Of a stretch of DNA of 64,000 bases, positions 20,810-30,594 are shown one piece after another. Under the pieces are notes generated by a model. The model saw only the letters and a list, made by a program, of their open reading frames with translations. It was not told the DNA's origin and made no database searches. Numbering within the stretch: position 1 is the first letter of the stretch; the number at the start of each line of letters is the position of its first letter. A program made the position numbers and the translations under genes. This DNA is from a virus (taxonomy: Duplodnaviria > Caudoviricetes). The stretch covers positions 32,001-96,000 of the IMG/VR virus record IMGVR_UViG_3300021399_000118. One strand, given 5' to 3'.

Positions 20810-23800
20810 GTGAGAGATATGCAGGGCAGAAACCGTAAGCTGCAAATTGACGTATGCGACTATACCAACAAGATTGTATGTCCCATCTATTCCAATCAAA
20901 CGGATGTTTCCGGACAGGCGACGGAAGTCTTCATCAACTATGAACGGAACGGCTGGAAGGAACTGACCTTCAAGCTGCCAACCAGGATCTACACTGAGGA
21001 AGGCGAAGAGGAAAACTTCCGGCTGAGATACATTGTTGCTGACTACCGGATTCGTGTGGTTACGGATTATGAGACGGACTGGTTCCTAATTACCAAGGAC
21101 AGCATACGTCACGAAGCGTTCAGCAAGAACGTGCAGGTTACTGCAGGGCATATCTCCCGGCTTCTGAAAAACAGATCCCTGGATCTGGAGTTTTCAGATG
21201 ATGAAGGAAACAACGTTGGCACAGCCAAGGAACTGGTTGAAACAATCCTGGAAGGAACAGGGTGGAAGGTCGGCAAGGTCGCGGACTTCTACGAGGACGA
21301 CGGAACGACGATCAAGATTCGTTCCCTGAATGCCCCGACCAAGACCGGGGCTTTCCGACTAATTGAGCAGGTTTGCGAACTGTTTGAGGCCAAGCCCGTC
21401 TATCGCGCAGAGGACGAAAACGGAGAGAAATCCGTGGACATCCTCCCGATGAATCCATTCTCCGAACTGGAGCCGGGAGAGATACCAGACGCGGTTTATC
21501 CCGGAGCTGAAGAGAATCAGAAATATCTCGTGGACTCCAAGGTTATCGAGCTGCATTACGACAGGTACATCAAAAACCTGGAAAGAACCACGGATACGGA
21601 GAACATCAGCACAAGATTGTACGGGTACGGTTCCTACGGCGACTATATTACAAAGTACTGCTCCATCCAAACCGCGGAACACAACGAATATATTTTCACT
21701 GTAGATCAGGACTATAACGATTTGACGGAGTTCAAGATCTCGGCCGACGTTACCCGTTATTTCCAGGCATCAGGCTTGAAATCGGGAAACAAGCTGATCT
21801 GGTCCGACATGGACATTAACTCCAGAAGATACGTCTGGAATGAAAACCAGCGCGTTGCTTACAAGATCTATACAGACCATATCTCAGCGGAACCAACCGT
21901 ATTGGAAAGCGAAGCCGAGAAAGTTATGAACTACTTCCCTTTCCTTTCGGACTACACGTATTACGAAAAGGTCGGACTGCTGACGGATGAGATGTTCCAG
22001 GAGGTTGCCGCCTATCAGAGAGATATGGCGGATCATTATAAGAAGTCTATCGAAGCTCAGGCCGTTATCAACGAGACCAACACCGCTCTCTCCTATGTCG
22101 GACTCCCCTACTCCGGTTATTTAAAACTGGATGTGGAACCGATGGATCACGAGGACTCAGTCCTGACAATCAGATGGTCAGATGATTACTCGGACGGGGT
22201 AATCTATAGGTCAGACTACTACAACAAGGAAACCAAGTATTTCCAATGGCACGTTGCTCAAGCTTTAAAAGCTAATGGAGATCCTACCTCCGGGGCCGCG
22301 AGTATCCTCTATGTCTTAAAGAAGAACACCGATCCCATTCAATGGAAGGCGGTGTATTTAAGGGATATTGACGGCCGTGTTCATTCGGAAAACGGCAAGA
22401 CGATCCACGACGGATACGACTATGCTTTAAGTGAGGGCGACCGGCCCAAGGTCATTCAGGTATGGGGCAATGTCCAGATTGAGGAAGGCGACGACGTTTA
22501 TCTGTTCTGCCGGAACAGTTTGAGCGGAAAGCTTGGAGCCAAGATCTCAGAGGACGAAGCGATTCTCGAAAAGCTGGAGGACGTAGCGAAAAAGATTACA
22601 GAATCCAACCCTACGCTGTTTGTAGACCAGGATGAACCCTTACCTCAGGTTACCTTCGCGGGATACGGCTGGTGCTATCAATACAACAGCAAAAACCACA
22701 ACGAGCCCGGGACAATGTACTTTGCCTGGGCTGAACGGGGCGACGTGGATGACAATGGCTACGTTGCGTGGAAGAACGTCTATTATTCGGAGACTGATCC
22801 AGAGCCGGAAAACGGAGCCTATTACTTCAACACGAAATACAGGACATTATGGCATGGTGAAGAAGGTGAATGGTATCACCTAGAGTCTGCGCCAGAGGAA
22901 ACAAAAGTAGCGCAGATGTTCAGCACGATCTTCATGCTTTGCCGGCAGCGGGACAAGGTCTACAAGGGGCTGTATGAAAACTATTATTATACGCCCGATC
23001 AAATCGTTCCCGTAGGAAACTATGCCTTCAAGACCAACTTTGGGTACAACTGGCTATTTTCGACGGATCAGATCGTACAGAAAAGCACGGAGGAAGAGCC
23101 TGTTTCTTTTCGACTGAACACGGTCGACGGGTATGTCTATCAGGACAATAATATTGAGCATATTCGCACGGCAGCCTGCTATCCCTACGACGCTCTGATC
23201 TATCCGGAAGAAAATGATCTGGCGGGAGCGACCTTCCTTCAGGGCTCCATCTACGTTAACGAACCGAACAAGAACGGCACGGACATGACATCGGACAGGG
23301 CTTACAGGTCCAACAATATTCCGATCTGGCCAAACGAGACCTACGAATACAATCTTCCGGCTGACACCTGCTTTATTGTTTTATACGACGCAAACCGAAA
23401 CTATCTTTCCTATATTCCCAATCTGATTTCCGAGGGAACATTTACGACCTCTGTTGAAGCGGAATACAGCGACATTGTCGATCCGGGAAAGTACATCAAA
23501 TACAAAAAGGCCAAGTACATGCGGATCGTTGTACCGAGTTCTGCTGCTACAATCGACGAGCTGAAGAGCACCTATTATGTCCGGCTGAAGGGACACGACA
23601 AGTGCTTCTTCTTTGACGATCAGAAATACACAGTTCTCGAACCGGTTGAACCTTTGGAGACGGACGAGCCTACGGGCATCAACGTATTGCTTCGTAAGTT
23701 CAAGACGCTTACGGACAAGCTTTACTTCGAAGACATCCCGGCATTGGAGGACGCTCAGGAGACAATCAAAAAAGCTAACAACGATCAGGCGGATGTGCTC

Positions 23801-26440
23801 GGGGACATTCTGAGAGAAGGTTACTGGCAGGACGACAGTTATGTTCAGGGAGACGAAGCAAGGTTATACAACGACTGCCTGGATAACCTGAAGAGAGCTG
23901 CCCAACCGGAGATCCAATACTCCTTCGACTTCCTCGATCTTTACGGGTCAAATGTAGAGGACGAATACGGGTTGGAGGAGCTCAGCAATATCGAATGGCC
24001 TGACATTCAGATTACTGATGCAGCCCATCTTATCGACCCAGAAATTGGAGTCAATCAATGGGCTTATATCGACAAGCTGAACAAATGCTACGACCAGCCA
24101 TGGAAAACCACCATCGAAGTCAACACCCAACTGACCTTAATGGGCCAGCATGAATTCAAGGACGTGATGGCAAGAATCGCGGAAGTGGCCAGCGAAACAA
24201 AAGCCAAGCAGCAGGTCTATTCCCGGGCGGCCAACATCTCAACGGAAGGAACCATCTCAGGAGAGAAGGTCGAAGGTGAAATCAACACCAATGACGTTCA
24301 GATTACCGGACAGGGATGGAAGACCGACGAAAAGGGCAACATGATCCTGGAGTCGGCAGACGGGCTGGCGGCGATCAAGTTCAATGGATCGGGGCTGTCC
24401 ATCTCCACGAGAAAGAATACGGACGGAGACTGGATCTGGAAAGAACTTGGCACAGGGTTCGGCATCAGCGCAGATACCATCACCGCAGGGTTCATGAAGG
24501 GTGACCGGATCGAAGCACATACGATTACCGCAGATAAGCTGATGGCCAACGTTGGCAGCGAGCTGGATATCGGGTCCAATAAAGCCCTGAGTCTTTACGC
24601 AACATTAGACGGGCTGAAGCCAAGCGGCTCGATGAAAACCACAGATGGTATTATCGAAATCTATGCCGGAAGCGAAGATCCAAAGGAGCAATGGCAGAGA
24701 TATAAGGAATATCTAACCGGCGCTACAGTTGTTTACGACGACGGAACGCTGGGCAACAAAGATCCGTACTGGGTATGTCTTGAAGAGCACACAAGCGGAG
24801 ACAGCTTTGAGTATTCAAAGTGGAAACAGTACGATGGATATACCCCGGCTGTTATTGGCGTTCGTTCCGGCGGGCAAATTAATCTGATTGCAGACAGCGA
24901 TTCAGAAAACCCGAAGGAAGCGCCAAGTATTAATATCGCAACAGGCGGCTCTATCAACATGGCGGCTGAATCCAATATCAATATGTTGTCAGGGTCAGAT
25001 GTGAATATTGCTTCCGGCTCGAACATTAATATGATTGCTTTTGCGCAGGAGTATGAACCCTGGCTTGCAAACACGGTATATCATGTTGGAGACAAGCGCA
25101 TCCACGGAAATCGGATTTATGCTTGTAAGACAGCGCACACGTCCTCGGATACTTTCTACGAATCCGCTAACGGTACGATTTACTGGGAGCTGGATCCGGA
25201 GTATGAAAGCTTCCAGAGCTCCATTAATTTCGCAGCCGGAAGTCAGATTAACCTGCTCAGCGGTGCGGACATCAACATGGTCTCGGGGGCCAACCTAAAT
25301 ATGGCGGGTTCCAATATCAACATGGAGGCCGGATCTGAATTTAATATTTCAGCAGGAACATTCCGTGTATCGTCGGCTTCCGAACTTTTCATTGACTCCC
25401 CTAACTTTAAAGTTTTTCCTGGTCAGGGCGGCGCAACAAGCACTGTTGAAATCACGACTGTAGGAGGAGCTGTTGGCGGCTGGTATATCGGACCGGACCA
25501 CTTGGGAACAAGCGATAAGTTGGTTGACAGTAAGGTTGGGATGAGAAAATCCGAGGATGATAATACAGTTGTTTTCTGGGCAGGAGACAAAAACAAAAAC
25601 GACTCAAAAACAGATGCGCTGTTTTACGTAACAGCCGGGGGAAAGCTTCATTCTAGCGATGTTGAAATCACAAACGGCTCTATTGTCATTGGAGAAACAT
25701 CCAAGCCTGGCAACTACGTAACGACAATAACTCCAGAAGGTTTAACATCAACAAAGATTACTGTTCCAGCTAATGCTCTTATTCTGACAACCGGAACAGG
25801 ACAACAGACAGTTAACACACCTGCACTGCAGATGCTGACGGACATCAGCGAATTAAAAGAAACAGTTTCCGGAATTACTTCCGGCTCAACCTCCATATCA
25901 AACTTTTCTACAGATGGCTTCACAATCTCGGGAGACTCGTTCGTTATGAACGCAAGTGGAACCATGTCTTTAACAGCGGGATCAAGTCTCATTATGATGG
26001 CAGACGCATCGAATCCGGCAGTCACAATAACCCAGAACGGTTTTACTCTGGCAGGCGGAGCTACGGGTTCCGGGAGCTTTACAGGATCTTTCAGCGGAAC
26101 TATTGAGGCTGACGAACACAGCTCCTTAAACGGATGGACATTGGTTGGCGGATCGCTGTATCGAAGCGGGGTCTTCCTTGCGAATTATGCGAGCGACAGC
26201 CGCGCAGCATCCCCCAGAAACGAAAATGTGGCTGATCCAGACAAGATTTATTATGCGATGTGGATTGGGGCGGACTTCCCTGAAAATGCTCCGCTCAGCA
26301 CGCTTAAAGGTGAAGCCCCGTTCAGCATAGACAGCAAAGGTAATGTTTACGCTAACGGATTCTATCGAAGAGTTTGGAATATAAACGATTCTACAGGATT
26401 GTATGAAGCAACAGACACGCCAGTTTTATTTAACGAGTAA
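20810..26440 (+). CDS. Tail hub/Tal-like protein (prophage tail endopeptidase-like fold) with carbohydrate-binding modules and a beta-helix spike
   Basis: Follows Dit; NGWKELTF and TRLYGYG hub motifs; CBM5/12-like W..(N/Y)..Y..G repeats; 8-residue INM..GS. repeats near the C-terminus. Confidence 0.8.
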   Translation: MRDMQGRNRKLQIDVCDYTNKIVCPIYSNQTDVSGQATEVFINYERNGWKELTFKLPTRIYTEEGEEENFRLRYIVADYRIRVVTDYETDWFLITKDSIRHEAFSKNVQVTAGHISRLLKNRSLDLEFSDDEGNNVGTAKELVETILEGTGWKVGKVADFYEDDGTTIKIRSLNAPTKTGAFRLIEQVCELFEAKPVYRAEDENGEKSVDILPMNPFSELEPGEIPDAVYPGAEENQKYLVDSKVIELHYDRYIKNLERTTDTENISTRLYGYGSYGDYITKYCSIQTAEHNEYIFTVDQDYNDLTEFKISADVTRYFQASGLKSGNKLIWSDMDINSRRYVWNENQRVAYKIYTDHISAEPTVLESEAEKVMNYFPFLSDYTYYEKVGLLTDEMFQEVAAYQRDMADHYKKSIEAQAVINETNTALSYVGLPYSGYLKLDVEPMDHEDSVLTIRWSDDYSDGVIYRSDYYNKETKYFQWHVAQALKANGDPTSGAASILYVLKKNTDPIQWKAVYLRDIDGRVHSENGKTIHDGYDYALSEGDRPKVIQVWGNVQIEEGDDVYLFCRNSLSGKLGAKISEDEAILEKLEDVAKKITESNPTLFVDQDEPLPQVTFAGYGWCYQYNSKNHNEPGTMYFAWAERGDVDDNGYVAWKNVYYSETDPEPENGAYYFNTKYRTLWHGEEGEWYHLESAPEETKVAQMFSTIFMLCRQRDKVYKGLYENYYYTPDQIVPVGNYAFKTNFGYNWLFSTDQIVQKSTEEEPVSFRLNTVDGYVYQDNNIEHIRTAACYPYDALIYPEENDLAGATFLQGSIYVNEPNKNGTDMTSDRAYRSNNIPIWPNETYEYNLPADTCFIVLYDANRNYLSYIPNLISEGTFTTSVEAEYSDIVDPGKYIKYKKAKYMRIVVPSSAATIDELKSTYYVRLKGHDKCFFFDDQKYTVLEPVEPLETDEPTGINVLLRKFKTLTDKLYFEDIPALEDAQETIKKANNDQADVLGDILREGYWQDDSYVQGDEARLYNDCLDNLKRAAQPEIQYSFDFLDLYGSNVEDEYGLEELSNIEWPDIQITDAAHLIDPEIGVNQWAYIDKLNKCYDQPWKTTIEVNTQLTLMGQHEFKDVMARIAEVASETKAKQQVYSRAANISTEGTISGEKVEGEINTNDVQITGQGWKTDEKGNMILESADGLAAIKFNGSGLSISTRKNTDGDWIWKELGTGFGISADTITAGFMKGDRIEAHTITADKLMANVGSELDIGSNKALSLYATLDGLKPSGSMKTTDGIIEIYAGSEDPKEQWQRYKEYLTGATVVYDDGTLGNKDPYWVCLEEHTSGDSFEYSKWKQYDGYTPAVIGVRSGGQINLIADSDSENPKEAPSINIATGGSINMAAESNINMLSGSDVNIASGSNINMIAFAQEYEPWLANTVYHVGDKRIHGNRIYACKTAHTSSDTFYESANGTIYWELDPEYESFQSSINFAAGSQINLLSGADINMVSGANLNMAGSNINMEAGSEFNISAGTFRVSSASELFIDSPNFKVFPGQGGATSTVEITTVGGAVGGWYIGPDHLGTSDKLVDSKVGMRKSEDDNTVVFWAGDKNKNDSKTDALFYVTAGGKLHSSDVEITNGSIVIGETSKPGNYVTTITPEGLTSTKITVPANALILTTGTGQQTVNTPALQMLTDISELKETVSGITSGSTSISNFSTDGFTISGDSFVMNASGTMSLTAGSSLIMMADASNPAVTITQNGFTLAGGATGSGSFTGSFSGTIEADEHSSLNGWTLVGGSLYRSGVFLANYASDSRAASPRNENVADPDKIYYAMWIGADFPENAPLSTLKGEAPFSIDSKGNVYANGFYRRVWNINDSTGLYEATDTPVLFNE

Positions 26441-26453
26441 GAGGTAAAACAAA

Positions 26454-26816
26454 ATGATTAATATTGAACAGAGAGGCGCAGTCAGCGCCTATTTTGTTTT
26501 CGAAGATATCTACAAGCAAAAAATGAAACCAGCTATTGCGCTTCAGATCTTTCATTTAAGACAGCTGTTAAAAAAACAGTACGACTTTCAGATTGAAAGA
26601 GAGAAGCAAATCATTCAGGACTATCGAGGCGAAATGAAGCCCGACGGAAGTGTGTCCTTCCCGGATCAGGGCACAGTGGATCAGGTTCAGAATGAGCTGG
26701 ACGAACTCGCGAAAAGCATCGTGTCAATCGCGGCCGAGCCTATCGACCTGATGAAGGAAGACATTTTAATTAGTCCTGAAAACATCGAAAAAATCAGACC
26801 CTTTATCATTTTGTAA
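26454..26816 (+). CDS. Phage tail-region protein (DUF1617-like)
   Basis: 120 aa helical protein directly after Tal; RBS GAGG. Confidence 0.55.
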   Translation: MINIEQRGAVSAYFVFEDIYKQKMKPAIALQIFHLRQLLKKQYDFQIEREKQIIQDYRGEMKPDGSVSFPDQGTVDQVQNELDELAKSIVSIAAEPIDLMKEDILISPENIEKIRPFIIL

Positions 26817-26828
26817 GCACGAAAGGAA

Positions 26829-27302
26829 GTGATTTTCATGAGAAGGTGTTCATTTCATCCAGGAGACACAGTTGTGTTCGATCTTACGATCCCTTTCGCC
26901 AAAGAAGACTTAGAAGCGGTTGAGGTTTCCTTTCGGAACAACAACGCTGTTGTGTTCGAAGTGGAGATCACTTCCTTTCAGGCGAAAGGCGACAAAACAA
27001 GAATCGGATTCACGATGACTCAGGAAGAGTCTCTCCTGTTTAACGAAAACGATATTTACAGAATGCAGCTCAATGTTTACGGAGCTAACGGTTCCAGGTC
27101 TGCGTCTAAGGAATATGACGTATGCACGCTGTCTCAGCAGATTCCGGAGCCAAGAAGAAGTCAGGTTACAACTTCTTCGATGGATTACAATGCTCTTGCA
27201 AACAAGCCGCAGATCAACAGCGTTGAGCTGGCCGGAAACAGAGCTCTGCCTGAGACTGCTATCACTTCCCAGCAAATTGAAGATATTATTTCTTCAACAT
27301 GA
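26829..27302 (+). CDS. BppU-like baseplate/fibre adaptor
   Basis: Beta-sandwich with TQEESL; DYNALANKPQINSVELAG motif; C-terminal ITSQQIEDI. Confidence 0.6.
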   Translation: MIFMRRCSFHPGDTVVFDLTIPFAKEDLEAVEVSFRNNNAVVFEVEITSFQAKGDKTRIGFTMTQEESLLFNENDIYRMQLNVYGANGSRSASKEYDVCTLSQQIPEPRRSQVTTSSMDYNALANKPQINSVELAGNRALPETAITSQQIEDIISST

Positions 27303-27317
27303 AAGGAGAGGTGACAT

Positions 27318-28877
27318 ATGGCATTAATTGAAAACTTCGATGTGGATTTTGAAGATTATATTATTTTCCACAGGGGTATTTCTGAAGTCAAGGTCATGGG
27401 TGACAACCATATGCATGTTATCTATCAGGATGGGTACGACCAGGACCTTGGGGATCCATACGGAGACGACGTAAGAAAATATTTCAGAGACGCGGAAGCC
27501 GCGAAAAATGCGGCTCTGGCTGCACAGCAGGGAGCAGAGCAGGCAAAGAATGATGCCAACGGGTGTGTAACTCAGATTACAACCAAACTGTCTGAAATTG
27601 GCGACTTCTGGGATAAAATCGCGGAAGCGCAGGAAAAATATGAAGGTATGAAGCAAGCGCTAAGCGACGCGAAAACCGCAGCGGATGAGGCAGTCGGACA
27701 AGTTCAAGCCCAGGCTAAGCGGGCAGAAGACGCAGCAGATGCAGCGGAAAACACCTCCAACAGCATTGTATACGAAGCGGAAGCCTGGGCTCAGGGCACA
27801 AGAGGCGGAGTGCCCGTTCCGGATGAAGATCCAATCAAAACTCAAAACGCCAAATATTATGCGAATACCGTAGAAATACGGGCTGAAGTCTGGGCTACAG
27901 GGCAAATGAACGGAGTTGATGTTCCGGATTCAGATGATCATTCTGCCCCGGATATTAACAACAATGCCAAATACTATAAGGTTAAAGCAGACGAGAACAG
28001 GGCAAGAGCTGCCTATTATGCAGTTGGAGGAATTCAATCCTATACAGGAATTCACCATACGCCAACAACTCCAGAACTTCATGTTATTTCTCAAGATAAA
28101 ATTTCGTGGACAAACTCAGCAGGAAATCAAACAAACGTTGAAATGTCTGCAAAAAAGTTTGCCGAGTTAGCAAAGCAGGAAGCAACATATTCTGCAGAAA
28201 GCGCGACAAATGCAAATAATATATTAGCTGAAGTAAACAACGTTGCCCAAGAATATGTTAAACCGTTAGACCAGCTTGACGGGATTACGAAAGACGAAGA
28301 AACAGGAAATTATAGTATTGACCCCATTCCGAATGAGTATATTGATATGTATTTTGCGCTGCTCAATCCTTCTCTTGTATCAGGCACAGAATACTATATG
28401 CTGACAAAGAACATCGCAGATTTCTCAGGCGAATATGAAATCTATTATAACGATGTGATTCCTAAATATCAGGAAGCCTACGACGAAATGGCAGGGCAAG
28501 CATCAAGCGGAAGTCTGACGCCGGAAGAGCAAAGAGCATTGGAAGAAGAGATTGAAAATCTCCAAGAATGGTTCTCTTCTCATGCTCCGATTAGAATTGT
28601 GGATCAGCCGCAAGATCAAGCTGTCGCGCTGTATGAAAGCGCAAGATTTTTTGTTACAGCAGAGAATGTACTTTCTTATACCTGGCAGGAATCTATGGAT
28701 GGCACTTCTTGGTATTCAAATGATTTTCAAGGCAATGAGTGTGTAAAGAAAGCGACTGAAGAAAACTATGGTTTAATGCTTAAATGCGTCTTAACAGGAT
28801 ATGGCGGGCAAACATTGGAAACAGACATTGCAACTCTTTTAGAACCTGAAGAGCAGGAGGCTGAGACAAATGAGTAA
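27318..28877 (+). CDS. Tail fibre/shaft protein with coiled coil and C-terminal Ig-like domain
   Basis: Repeated AE.WA.G and NAKYY motifs; C-terminal IVDQPQD...YTWQ...YG..LKC Ig-like pattern. Confidence 0.65.
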   Translation: MALIENFDVDFEDYIIFHRGISEVKVMGDNHMHVIYQDGYDQDLGDPYGDDVRKYFRDAEAAKNAALAAQQGAEQAKNDANGCVTQITTKLSEIGDFWDKIAEAQEKYEGMKQALSDAKTAADEAVGQVQAQAKRAEDAADAAENTSNSIVYEAEAWAQGTRGGVPVPDEDPIKTQNAKYYANTVEIRAEVWATGQMNGVDVPDSDDHSAPDINNNAKYYKVKADENRARAAYYAVGGIQSYTGIHHTPTTPELHVISQDKISWTNSAGNQTNVEMSAKKFAELAKQEATYSAESATNANNILAEVNNVAQEYVKPLDQLDGITKDEETGNYSIDPIPNEYIDMYFALLNPSLVSGTEYYMLTKNIADFSGEYEIYYNDVIPKYQEAYDEMAGQASSGSLTPEEQRALEEEIENLQEWFSSHAPIRIVDQPQDQAVALYESARFFVTAENVLSYTWQESMDGTSWYSNDFQGNECVKKATEENYGLMLKCVLTGYGGQTLETDIATLLEPEEQEAETNE

Positions 28878-29058
28878 TTATTTAGATGAGCAAGGCCTTG
28901 CTCTTTTATGGAACAAGATCGTTGCAAGATTCAATTCTTATGTTCCAAATATTCCGAGTCTTAACGCGGACGAAATCGACACTGTTTTCGATCAGTCTGT
29001 TTATCCAGCCGCAGACAACAACCAAGAAAACGATACTTCAGAAAACGATGAACCTTAA
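28870..29058 (+). CDS. 62-aa connector peptide carrying both fibre docking motifs
   Basis: YLDEQGLALLWNKI at the N-terminus and LNADEIDTVF internally; RBS GGAGG. Confidence 0.65.
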   Translation: MSNYLDEQGLALLWNKIVARFNSYVPNIPSLNADEIDTVFDQSVYPAADNNQENDTSENDEP

Positions 29059-29075
29059 GAAAGGAGGCGCAGATT

Positions 29076-29399
29076 ATGGGCTTTTTAAATGAATCCGGAT
29101 TGGGACATCTTATTTATAAATTTAAAACTGTGCTTCTTGGACAGCCAAACGGAGTTGCGCCTCTGGATTCCAGCAGAAAAGTTCCTGTTCAAAATTTACC
29201 GTATATGACAGGGACAAACGGAAGTTCTCTCGGCTTATCCGGCATCGTTCCAACTCCAAACCCCGGAGATGAGGTTAAGTTTCTGCGAGGAGATGGAACG
29301 TGGGCCGGAATGCCGGTTGTCTATACTGCCTCAGACGTTAGCGATCCCGGGACCTATCCCAACGGAACAATCTGGTTGAAGCAGAAGGCTTCGAGTTGA
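29076..29399 (+). CDS. Short tail fibre segment
   Basis: FLNESGL..L, GVAPLDSSRKVP, FLRGDGTW and GTIWLK motifs common in phage fibres. Confidence 0.7.
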   Translation: MGFLNESGLGHLIYKFKTVLLGQPNGVAPLDSSRKVPVQNLPYMTGTNGSSLGLSGIVPTPNPGDEVKFLRGDGTWAGMPVVYTASDVSDPGTYPNGTIWLKQKASS

Positions 29400-29412
29400 G
29401 GGGTGGGATAAT

Positions 29413-30582
29413 ATGGCAACTGAAATTATCGCAGGACTTGGAGATGCGGCAGCTGGGTATATTAGCCAAGGAGTTCATAACATTTGGAACTGGGCAGGCG
29501 CATCAGGCACAGTAACGCTCGCTTCAAATCAATATCCAACAAAAATACAAATTTTTCATAATAATTCAGCTGTTGGTGGAAGTTTATATGATGCTGAGAG
29601 CCCCGGCAAAGTGTGGAATAACGCTTCCGGCACGGAAACGACTCGAGTTGCAAATTTATTTTTAACGAGCAGTGGAAACGCCAGTGAATCTTATCGAATT
29701 GGACAATGGTACACACAAGTTCACGATTATCCAGTGTCAACCAGTTCAGGAGCCACTCAAGTAAAAATAAATCGTCAATTTGATTATAATGGCGCTGAAG
29801 CAACAATCAGTAACGGAAAAGCTCTCGCAGGAAAAACACTTGCTATATATTTTACAGGCTCTCTCGATGTTATTTTTCAATATTCGGCAAAAATCAAAAT
29901 CACGTTAGGGACGTTGTATTCTGTTACGCCAAGTCAAACAACAGGCGGAACTATTAAGGTTAACAATGGCACAAGTGCTGTTTATATGACTGCTGGAGAG
30001 CAAGTTACGTTAAGCGCCACCCCAGCTTCAGGATATGAATTTGTCCGTTGGAACGTCAGCCCTTCTGCAACCATTTCTGGCAACACATTAACTGTTCCAA
30101 GCAGCAACGTTACTGTTTCCGCTACGTTTCAACTAATTCACACACTTAAATGGGCAACTCCAAATTCGTTAACCGTAGCGCAAAATGATTATAAATTGAC
30201 CGCAAAGTTAACCGGTCATGCTACAGACACACGAAGCCACACAATAACTTATAAGCTTTATGGATACAACGGTGCAGGACAAAGAATTTTTAACGAAACA
30301 TTTGGTGCTGAGTCCAATAACGTCAGAACAGTTCAAATTCCAATAACTGACGCAAACATCGGCGTGCAATATACTTTTAAGGCTTATGCGGTTTGCAGCG
30401 CAGACAGTGCCGAAGGGCCTCCATATACTATTACACCAAAAAATGTCCATAAAACAGTTCAATATCGTGTGAACGGCCAATGGGTTGAGTGTATTCCCTA
30501 TTACAGAATCAACGACAGATGGCAAGAAGTAGAACCATACTATCGAAACGAAGGGATATGGATTCCCTGTTCCAAAACTTAA
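29413..30582 (+). CDS. Putative adhesin with InlB B-repeat-like domain; paralog of 44418-45653
   Basis: GEQVTLSATPASGYEFVRW repeat; C-terminal Y.(I/V)NG.W repeats. Confidence 0.65.
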   Translation: MATEIIAGLGDAAAGYISQGVHNIWNWAGASGTVTLASNQYPTKIQIFHNNSAVGGSLYDAESPGKVWNNASGTETTRVANLFLTSSGNASESYRIGQWYTQVHDYPVSTSSGATQVKINRQFDYNGAEATISNGKALAGKTLAIYFTGSLDVIFQYSAKIKITLGTLYSVTPSQTTGGTIKVNNGTSAVYMTAGEQVTLSATPASGYEFVRWNVSPSATISGNTLTVPSSNVTVSATFQLIHTLKWATPNSLTVAQNDYKLTAKLTGHATDTRSHTITYKLYGYNGAGQRIFNETFGAESNNVRTVQIPITDANIGVQYTFKAYAVCSADSAEGPPYTITPKNVHKTVQYRVNGQWVECIPYYRINDRWQEVEPYYRNEGIWIPCSKT

Positions 30583-30594
30583 ACGAAAGGAGGA